Part shown: one piece after another, positions 53,498-64,000 of the stretch
Numbering within the stretch: position 1 is the first letter of the stretch
Layout of the letters: every line of letters starts with the position of its first letter
Origin: the human T2T-CHM13v2.0 reference genome, Homo sapiens
Strand: one strand, 5' to 3'
Assembly: GCF_009914755.1 (NCBI RefSeq)
Contig: NC_060940.1
DNA length: 64,000 nt
Translations under genes and position numbers: made by a program
Notes under the pieces: model-generated
What the model saw: only the letters and a program-made list of their open reading frames with translations
The model's database searches: none
Told to the model about the DNA's origin: nothing

Positions 53498-54837
53498 CTA
53501 CAGTTCTTTCTGGATTCCAGGAGTCTCTCTCCCCTTCCCTTTTAGACCTGGTTGGTAAGGGCTCTGTGCTGTTGACAGTTCCAGAGTACCTCACATCCTT
53601 TGTTTCATTTAACCCAGTCCATGCTTCTGTAAATACTCTCTTTGCTAAACTGTCCTCAAGTAATTGATTTTAATGTGCATCCATTGCCTGCCAGGACCTG
53701 ATTAGTCCATTTCAAGCATCCAATATCAAAGAATGCACCCAAAACAAAGATGCTGTTAGGAAACACAGAACTGGGCACTGCAAAGGTCTTTGAGCATGAC
53801 ACAAGGATGTTGCAAGAGCGGCAGGCCCAGAAGGCAAGTGGGGATTGAAGAACCTTAACAGCATATTCACGGGGCTCAGTCCTAGGATTCAGCATCATGA
53901 CATATCACCTCCAAGCTTCCATGCTTTCATTTGTATAGCTAAGACTTGACAAGACTAGTGAGGGTGTCCGATGATGAGGACAGTCAAGGATGTTAAATTC
54001 CTGACTATACATTAACAAGGAGGAAAAAAACTAACAAACCTGCATCAGTGTGAAGACCAGAAAGGCCTGTCCACAGAGCCAGATGACAAGGTACAACAGG
54101 ATGCTGTTGAAAAAAATCAGACTAGATAAGAGCAGGTTGCTGTGTGAGCAAACTCAGACCATACAAGAGAACTATAGGCCCCTCTCCTCCAGCCCAGAAT
54201 TCCTGCCCTGAGTGATGCTAAATCAGGAGGAAGAAAAGCAGGAGATGATATTGGCTACCCTCCGGGGACAGGAAGCATCACCTGGTTGGACTACCAGACT
54301 GCCATTCACACTTATATACATGGAGTCAGTCGGGTATGACTCAGTCCCCTGAGGCCAAATGTCAGCGAGGAGAGTGGGAGGAGCAAATCTCTCTCCTCCA
54401 TTAGAGTTGTCTCCGGAACAAACCCAGGTCTCAAGGCAAAGGCCTCACACACTATTTTGCTATTTTGTCACCCACGTAAAGTTTTCAGAAACAGGATCCC
54501 TGTAGCTCATCAGGCACTCAGGTGCATCAAAGCTGAATTCAGGGTAAAGATTGATGCTGTGGCCCAGTGAAGCTGAGATGCCCATACTCTCTCTGTTCAG
54601 GTTATAGAGAAAACGGGCACTTTGTGATCACTTATACCCATAATAAAAAACAATTTGTGTGCATCTCATGAGCAAGAAAAATAAACAGGAAAAAAGAAAG
54701 CAACCCAACTACTTGTAAGTATAAGGAAATCCAACCCATATTTGTTCATATAACTGAAAGGTCCAGGGGCAAACCTGCAGGTATGGTTTGATGCAGGTGC
54801 CAACATCTTTTGCCAGGACCCAGTGTTTCTCACACCC

Positions 54838-55199
54838 TTTCTTTTTTCTTTTTTTCTTTCCTTCTTTCTTTCTTTTTCTTTTTGTCTTTCCTTCTTTCTC
54901 TTTTTTTTTTTTAACAGGATCTCACTCTGTCACCCAAGCTGGAGTGCAATGGTGCAATCTCAGCTCACTATAGCCTCAACCTCCCAGGCTCAAGCAATCC
55001 TCCCACCTCAGCCTCCTGAGTGGCTAGGACCACAGGCATGCACCACAATGCCCAGCTAATTCTTTTCATTATTTATAGAAACAGGGAGTCTCACTATGTT
55101 GCCAGGGCTGGTCTCGAACTCCTGGGCTCATGTAATCCTCCCACCCACCTAAGCCTCCCAAAGTTCTGGGATTACAGGTGTCAGCCACCATGCCTGACC
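54838..55199 (-). mobile_element. AluJ with (CTTT)-type tail, inside degenerate MLT1 sequence
   Basis: Reverse Alu. Confidence 0.9.
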
Positions 55200-55794
55200 T
55201 CACACCATTTCTTAACTCCATTCTTCTCACTCCATTTCTTAATTTCATTCCTTTATAAAGCTTCTCTTCTTACTATTTCAAGATGGCTGCCCAATTCATG
55301 TGCAGAGGAAAGAGAAGTTCTTTCTCTTTACTCTGACAGTTGAATAAAAAATCCAAAGCCTGGCTCTCTTTGGTCCATCCCTGAATCAGTCATTATGGCC
55401 TGGGGAATGGAGTACGCTAATTGACTTAAGGGAATCAGGGCCCAGCACTGGAGTGAAGGTGGGGCTAATGCCACCTAATCCACTGGAGAGTACCAAAAGT
55501 GTGCTTCCCCAAAGGAAATTCACAATACTGTGGGAAAGGATGAATTGATGCTGACTCACTATAAATGACAAATGCAAAAGATAAACATACCAGGCCCCAC
55601 TCCTTGCAGGAAGCAAAAGATCCTAGAGGGAGAGGCTGACATGGAACAGGATGTCTGACCAATAAAACTTCTTCCAATAAGGATTCACAGACATAGTCAT
55701 ACCTTCCAGGCTAAGTAAGGCTCAATTCCAGGCAGCTGTCTGTCTCAGCTCCTCATGCACATCCGTCGCTTCTGTCTACCCAGCATTTGTTTCT

Positions 55795-56880
55795 CCCTTA
55801 TTCAGTTCTCATTGCTGTGTAACAAATTGACAGAAGTGCATCAACTAAAGCAACACAAATGTATTATCTCACAGCTCTATAGGTCAAAATCCAAGCACGG
55901 CTCAACCGGATTCTCTGCTCAGGGTCTCATGGGGCTGAAATCAAGGTGTCAGCTGGAGCTGTAGTCTTATCTAAAGCTCAGGGTCTTCTTCCAGGATGAT
56001 TGGTTGTTTTCAGACTTCCGCTCCTTCTGATTATCTTGAGATAGGAGGCAGGACTTGACTCTGGAGGTGGGGCTTGGACACCGGACCAAGTTCAGGACTA
56101 ACTAAAACAGAGCTGGGAGGGAAGCAGCTTTCCCTAAGACACACCCACCAGTGTGCCAGGTCAGTTTACCATTGACACGGCAATACCTGGGAGTTACCAC
56201 CCCTTTCCATGGCAATGACCTGATGACCTAAAGTTACTACCCCTTCTCTAGAAAGTTCTGCAGAAACCACCCTTGAATCTGCATATAATTAAAAGCAGGT
56301 ATAAATATGACTGTAAAACTGCCCAGAGATGCCACTCTCTGGTTACAGGGTAGCCCTGCTCTGCAGGAGCCGTCATGGAGCTGTAACACTGCAGGAGCTG
56401 TAACACCACCGCTTCAGTAAAGCTGTTTTCTTCTACCTCCAGCTTGCCCTTGAATTCTTTCCTGGGCAAGGCCAAGAACCCTCACAGGCTAAGCCCCAGT
56501 TTGGAGTTCATCTACCCTGCATCAATATGACTGAGGTCTTGTTTTCTTGCTGGCTATCGACCAGAGACCTCTCTTACCTCCTAAAGACAAACCTAGGTCC
56601 TTGCCCTGTGGCCTCTCCATAGGCTTTCTCACACTTTGAGCATCTCTGACTTCAGGAAGGGCCTAGTCCCTTTTAAAGGTGCACCTGATTAGGTCAGGCC
56701 CACCCAGATGTTCTCCCTTTTGATTAACTCAAAATCAACTAACTAGTAGCCCAGTCAGGGCAGGGCTATTCCATCACATCCTCTAATTGTGCAGCACTGG
56801 AGAGGAGGAGATTGCACAGATTGTGCACACCAGGGAGCAGGGATCTTGGGGGCCATCTCAGAATTCTGCCTACCACATTT
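55795..56880 (-). mobile_element. MLT1E/F-type LTR hosting MER50
   Basis: attgctgtgtaacaaatt...attatctcacagctct.taggtca...gggggccatctcagaattctgcctaccaca. Confidence 0.75.
56037..56524 (+). mobile_element. MER50 (ERV1) solo LTR
   Basis: tgagataggaggcaggacttgactctggaggtggggcttggacaccggacc ... ccctgcatca. Confidence 0.82.
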
Positions 56881-57080
56881 TAGTAATTGATCTCTTCTGG
56901 AATCAGTCCTTTCCTGCTCAGTCAATGTTATTTGTGGTAGGATTTAGGGTAATCAGACCTAGCCTTGGCCAATTGGTGTAACCATTGTCTGGGCCACAGT
57001 GGTCAGATCAGAAATGGGCACCTGCCTCAAGCAAGCCCAATCAGACCTAACCTGGGGACTTTTGCTGAAGTAACTAGGAA

Positions 57081-57083
<3 letters not shown>

Positions 57084-57114
<31 letters not shown>
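57084..57114. repeat. (CT)n microsatellite
   Basis: About 15 CT units. Confidence 0.95.
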
Positions 57115-57119
<5 letters not shown>

Positions 57120-58699
57120 GTTATTGCGGAAGTGTTAGGCTGTAAACTTAGAGCTGATGGTGGACACCATGTGCTATGATTCAAATGACCCCCCAAAACT
57201 CATGTTGAAACTGAATCCCAAAAGTGGGAGCATTGAGAGGTGGGACCTTTAAGAAGCGATTGTATCCCTCTTGAGGGCAGAGCCTTTACTGACCACCTAA
57301 TGTTTTATTAAAGCTTGTTCTGCACCACCCCTATCCCTACCATCACCATCTGGAGCTCTCGATCCTTTCCTCCAGATTTCTTTGCTCCATAATATTTATC
57401 ACTATCTGATACAGGGGTGTGTGGATGTGAACATGTATATGTGTGCATGTGTGTGTTTATGGTCCGCCTCTCCCAGTCCCCGGTAGACTGTAAGCTTCAT
57501 GAAAGCAGGGCTTTGTGTACTGTTGCTTCTGTAGCATGGGGTCTGCCAAAAAAGTAGCTTCTCCATAAATGTTTGTTAAATGAATATATTCTGATTCTAT
57601 CTCCCCCCTCCTCCAGAATGGATCTAAAGCTTCCCAAACTTTGCCTGAGTGAGTGTCCTACTGAGTTCAATTTTGTTTCAGAAAGGATGTGTGTATGTTC
57701 ACCCATACGCTGCACAAATATGTAATGGACACCAGCCATGACCAGCCTACTGGGGACTGCTTGGCAGTAGCAACACGGCAGCGAACAAGACAGATGAGCC
57801 TCCTGCCCACAGAAGCTTACATTCGGGTGGAATACAGGCTGGTGAGTTGTCATGCCGATTCCTCCAACCCCAAACCCTTTCCAGTATGGCAGGTCCTGGA
57901 GCTGGACTGGCCACCATTGAGAATCCACCCAACTGCCCATCAGCATCTCAAGTTCCCTGTTGCAAGATGCCAGGGAACATGAGAGAGGACCGTGGGGGAG
58001 AGTGAGCTCTCAATGAACCTGGTGTGGCAGGGAGAAGACGAAGATGGGGCAGATCCCCAGGGGGAAGACAACTTAAGGGCAGATTTGTTGAACTAAGTTA
58101 CTTCAAAGGGTCTTCCATCTTCCAGCATGAGCAAAGAAGATGACCACACACCTGGGGGAGAGTCAGATGGCTTCTTCAATTGGAACGTTCTTCCCTAAGG
58201 ATGAGCTAATATAGCACATGACCTGAAAATCCTTCTGGGAGACTCCAGGTAAAAGGGCCTTGACTGCACCAGGGAGAGAAGCTAAGTTGTAGATTTGGGG
58301 GAAATGAGTGTTAGAACAGTGAGTGCTCAAGGGAAGTAGTTAAGTGAGCCATGAGATACAAAGTCTGCCATGGCAAAGTAGGTGGAACAACCATGTTATG
58401 AGTATAAGTTCTGACCCCAGCTTTCCTGTGATTTCTAGGACCCTTGGTCTTGAAGATGGGAAATAAATGGGTGCATGACAGAAGTTAAAGACCATTATTA
58501 GGTATCAAGTACCATAGCACTTTTTGGAGGCAGAAGAGCTTGACAAATGGGCATAGTGTACATAGTAAATGATGGTAAGGGTAAAGGATAAAATGTATCA
58601 TCTTCCTGTCATCAGAATGGGACCAGCACTGTGTAAGGTGGGCATGTTAATGACATGATATATAAGACAGCTTTTGCTACAATAACAAGGAACTCCCTA

Positions 58700-59070
<371 letters not shown>

Positions 59071-59662
59071 TCAGGTTGGCTGTGATTACACTGGGTTTGG
59101 CTTGGCTGAGCTCAGCTAGGTTCTGCTGAGCTCAGCTTGGCTCCAAGGTTTGGGTTGAGTTCAGGTCTGCTCCACATGTCCCTTCACATGAGAAGCAATT
59201 GCCAAGAGGTCAAGTCAAATCATGCAGCACATTTAAAACTTCTGCTGGGGGAAAATGTGTCTGCTCACATTCCAATGACCAAAGCCCAAAGTTAGAAGGG
59301 CAAGGAATTAGACTCTACCTATTGAGATGTACTACAAAGTCACATGGCAAAAAGCTTATAATTCTAATAAAGGAACTAAGCAGAATCACTAGGAGCAATC
59401 ACCTAGTCCGCCACACATGGAGATGTGCCACAGGGACTCAGAGACTGGAAGGAATTCCCCAGGGCCAGAGTTCTCCTGGGAAACTACAGCCTCCACCATT
59501 GCCTCCCAGATTTCATCAGCATCTCTGTAGTCTGGCTCATCAGAGGCCACAACGGAGATAAAGGCAAATAAAGACTTCAGCTGCTGGCAAGCTGCAGATA
59601 TCTCCATGGATCAGCCAAGCCCATGTCTCTTTCTGAAACAATCAGTAATCGGGGAAGTGACA

Positions 59663-60270
59663 ACAGAAAAGCGTAATACAAACTACCTATGGTATTGGAA
59701 GAATCCCAGGAATCGTTGGAGGTCTTGAATGAATTTGAAGAGGGTACTCAGTTCAAGACTACTTTAAGACACACACTTTGTAGATGTCCCAACTAGACAC
59801 TGTGTGGCCTGGGAATTCTGCAATGTTTACTTTTTTTCAATTATATTATGTTATAATATATTTATAAGAAATATATATCATATATAAGATTATATATAGC
59901 TTATGTATCTAAATATAATATAGATATATTATATATCTAAATATAATCTTTGATATATATCTCATATATTATCTTATATATGATATATTATCATATACAT
60001 GAGTTATATGTATCTCATATATATTATTTTCTTATATATATGAAATATATCTCATATATATAAGATATGAGAGCTATATATCTCATATACAGATATAGAT
60101 ATCTATCTACATCTATATTCCCAGGCCACACAGTGTCTAGTTGGGACATCTACAAAATGTGTGTCTTAAAGTAGTCTTGAACTGAGTACCCTCTTCAAAT
60201 TCATTCAAGACCTCCAACGATTCCTGGGATTCTTCCAATACCATAGGTAGTTTGTATTACGCTTTTCTGT
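59663..60270. repeat. 154-bp inverted duplication (59663-59816 / 60117-60270) with 300-bp AT-rich spacer
   Basis: Base-by-base comparison shows the arms are reverse complements with a single mismatch. Confidence 0.97.
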
Positions 60271-60321
60271 ATATGACATATATATCTCTCATATATGAGA
60301 GATATATATGTCATATACAGA
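60266..60321. repeat. Perfect 56-bp palindrome
   Basis: tctgtatatgacatatatatctctcata|tatgagagatatatatgtcatatacaga, centre at 60293/60294. Confidence 0.97.
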
Positions 60322-60335
60322 TAGATATAGATCAT

Positions 60336-60905
60336 TCCATCACCCAGGCTGGAGTGCAGTGGCACAATCATAGTTCATTGCAGCCTCAAAATTCTGGGCT
60401 CAACTGATCCTCCCACTTCAGCCTCCTGAGTGGCTGGGACTACAGGTGTGTGCCACCAGGCGGGGGCTAATTTTTCTTTTTTTGGAGACAGAGTCTCACT
60501 CTGTTGCCCAGACTCAGATGTAGTGGTGCAATCTCAGCTCACTGCAACCTCCACCCCCCAGGTTCAAGCAGTTCTCCTGCTTAGCCTCCCAAGTAGCTGG
60601 GACTACAGGCACGTGCAACCACTCCCAGCTAATTTTTTGTATTTTACTAGAGACGAGGTTTCACCATGTTGCCCAGGCTGGTCTTGAACTCCTGAGCTCA
60701 GATACCTGCCCGCCTCAGCCTCCTAAAATACTGGGATTACAGGAGTGACCCACCCACTGCCCCCAGCCTTTTTTTCTTTTTTTTTGGTAGGGACAGGATT
60801 TCCCTATGTTGCCCATGCTGGACATGAACTCCTGGCCTCAAGTGATCCTCCTGCCTCAGCCTCCCAAAGTGCTAAGATTATAGGTATGAGCCACCAGGCC
60901 TGGCC
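60336..60905 (-). mobile_element. AluJ with a second Alu (60473-60768) nested in its middle A-rich linker
   Basis: Right arm, then a complete Alu, then left arm, all on the minus strand. Confidence 0.88.
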
Positions 60906-61659
60906 CAATATTTCTAAAGGCCCCTCAAGAGGCAAAAGTGGGCAAAGGACTTTTAAGGACAAAAAATGCCTAGTATTGAATATTAAGTTGTTTACTGTGT
61001 TGTAACTCTCTTCCATGACTTCAGTAAAGCAGAGTAAACACACACATGCCCCAAGACACAGTAACCTCTGTTTGGTAGTACAGCCCATCACAAGCAGCTG
61101 TGGCTGAACCCCTGGGTACCAGGACTAGAGAGGATAACTTCATTGTAAGTTCCACTGGATGTTAGGCTGAAGTTGCAGCCCCCATCAAGCCAGGCTTGGT
61201 GTCTGGAGCGGGCCTGAAGGTAGAGATTCTGCAAAAGGATCTAACTGGGGTGATATTCAAAAAATTTAGAAGCCAGAATGGCACAGGTCCTGACCGATAA
61301 GAACCAGAGCCAACATGCTGTGATCTGCATACAAGTGCCAGTGATCCCTGCCTCCAGCTGAGGAGGGCTGTGAAGGATGGAGGCTAGAAATCCATCAGGA
61401 GAGCTGACATTGAAAGGTGAATGGGAGCAGCACCTGCCAGCGTGACCTGCTGCTTTCCTGCATGCAAAGGACGGTGCATTTCAACCTGAGACCCTGGGGT
61501 TCCTGCAGGGCATCAGCTAGATTTGTCTTCCTGCCTGGGATGATCACCAATTATATGTGCTGTGAGGCAAACTGTCCTCCCGCCAGAGGAGGAGGTGAAG
61601 GGATTTACAGAATCTCTCTCTGATCTGACTTATTAGAGAAGTTAAAGGACACCCGTCCA

Positions 61660-61850
61660 GGAGGCAGCACAGTACAGAGATAAAGAAGTCAGGATTCAAA
61701 TTTGTCCTATCTGGGAAGCTTAGACAAGAGCTCCTTAACCTCTCTCACACTCAGTCCCCTCATCTGGTAAATGGGAATCCTAACAGTGCCTACCTGGCAG
61801 GAGCATGGCCACAATGAAATGAGCTAATGACACAGTGAAAGCCCTTAGAC
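61660..61850 (+). mobile_element. MIR
   Basis: cttaacctctct...ctcagtcccctcatctg.taaatggg..t..taacagtgcctacct. Confidence 0.7.
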
Positions 61851-62197
61851 AGCCTGACCCAGAGTCAGACCTCTGTAATGGGAGTCATTATTCAAGATGG
61901 GAGGAAAGAAACAGGAATTAGATCAGAAACAAATGACCAGAAAGAGAGATGAAATACAAAAGCTACATGAAGTCGGCAGTGTGAAGCCTGACTCGCAGGA
62001 GAGTGGATTTTGTTACTGTTTGCTTTTTCTTGTCCAGGATAATCCAAGACTGGCAGAAAGTGAGAATACCGATTGAGATCCAAGGACATCCTCATGGGAG
62101 TCTGTGCAGACAGGTTTTCATCAAGAACCCCTCTCCAAGCAGCTGGTCCAGCCCAGCTAAACTGGGGGCTGCTGTTTGTAAGAAAATTAATGCTCTG

Positions 62198-62499
<302 letters not shown>

Positions 62500-62574
62500 T
62501 TAATGTTCTGTACCTGAGGAGCACCCATTTGCTGCTACTTCCCTGCCAGGATGAAGGAAAACCAAGTCAGACAT

Positions 62575-63050
62575 TAAATAACACGTGCAGGATCACAGGA
62601 TCACACCTTTCACACTGCAGTCTTAGTTTTCTATAAAACCACGTGACCTCTGAAAATACACTCCAGCCTCTGCAACACCTACTCATGACGCTTTGTAAAA
62701 TCCACCGCCTTTTAGGGACACCAAGATTTTCGGAAACATGCAGTTTTCTTACCTCCAGATGAGATGTCTACTGTGGATAGGTGACTAGGAGGAGAACCCA
62801 AGGTGTGCTGATGGCAGAACAGAAGCACCTAGGATGCCACCAGGGAAACGCCCTGACAAGCAGCTGTGATGCTGTCTTCGAGAAGGTGTTTGCAAACACC
62901 ACTGCTGCCCCCCTTCCCTGAGCCCTGACTTCCTAAACCTAAGGCTAAAAGCATCCTGGCAATTCCCGGAAGTAACTTCATTCTAGCAGGATCGAGCCAG
63001 TGGGTGGAGTTTTCTCAGCCCGCCAGGATCACATCAGTGACTGACTTACC
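62575..63050. promoter_or_regulatory. Candidate enhancer/promoter motif cluster
   Basis: CACGTG 62582-87, TATAAAA 62632-38, CACGTGAC 62640-47, TTCCCGGAA (GAS) 62963-71 overlapping CCGGAAGT (ETS) 62966-73. Confidence 0.35.
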
Positions 63051-63659
63051 CAATGTACTTTTATTTTTTATTTCAACCAATTCCCCAAAGCCCAGAGCAA
63101 CTTAAAACCAGAAGAGCCACCACCATCTCCACCAAAAACAGGGAATATTTTGAGAGTTTAATGATAACTTCACAGCCATCCATTCAGCTGAGTCCCAAGG
63201 AAATGGAAGACACCTGAAAAATGTATTTTTAAATTGATTTAACGTTGAGCCATGTTAAATGTTTTAACTTCCAACCAATGCAATGCCCACCAAAACATCA
63301 ATTAGTCCCAGCAATCAGGCAAGAATATTGGCTTCTGCTCAGGGATTCATTTATTTCAGCTCTGCTAAATATCGTAGAGGAGAAATCCAATGTAGCCTGT
63401 AGCTTCAAGAAAGTGAAATTAAGCCCAAGTAGAAACTAGATGAGGCCCTGGCTAAAATGGTGCCTTTTCTTGCACTGCCTCTCTCTGGTATCTCTCTAAA
63501 GTGAGGGCAGCAACTTGATTGTAAGGGTCTCGTGCTGTTAACAGAAAACACCCTTCCTTCCCCACAGGTTCTCTGTCTCCAAGCTGGAAAACAAAAGAGG
63601 CTGCAATGGGACAGAGAAGGGCTTCCTGCTGAGGAGATGAGTGGGCTTAAGAATTTGCA

Positions 63660-64000
<341 letters not shown>

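Noticed and set aside
59817-60116. AT-rich spacer plus inverted arms as a MITE or CRISPR-like array
   Set aside because: No TSD, no known TIR, no regularly spaced direct repeats. Better explained as a microsatellite-associated template-switch duplication.

Overview
Primate (almost certainly human) genomic DNA with no protein-coding gene, RNA gene or CpG island that I can support. None of the six-frame ORFs looks like a real gene; most are read through Alu, L1, LTR or microsatellite sequence, or are transposon fragments. The window is repeat-dense: about 49 Alu/FLAM copies plus L1, L2, MIR, MaLR/ERV1/ERVL LTRs and MER/Tigger DNA elements. Main structures: (1) a near-full-length, heavily decayed hAT/Charlie (Buster/ZBED8-like) transposase fossil on the minus strand at ~20.05-22.25 kb, interrupted by a twin-primed 5'-inverted L1PA and an AluY, with unexpected CpG retention; (2) a two-LTR ERV-L-class provirus relic at ~23.8-28.2 kb with recognisable protease, RT and integrase motifs; (3) an essentially pristine AluYc1-type insertion at 33.2-33.6 kb; (4) a 154-bp near-perfect inverted duplication around a 300-bp AT-rich spacer, abutting a perfect 56-bp palindrome (59.66-60.32 kb); (5) an old local duplication of an MLT1 LTR plus its flank; (6) a few unique segments with dense transcription-factor motif clusters. 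From memory (unverified), the right half resembles the multi-copy segmental duplicon also present near the chr1p tip. I found no convincing previously undescribed biological system. Repeat subfamily names and most boundaries are by eye and approximate.
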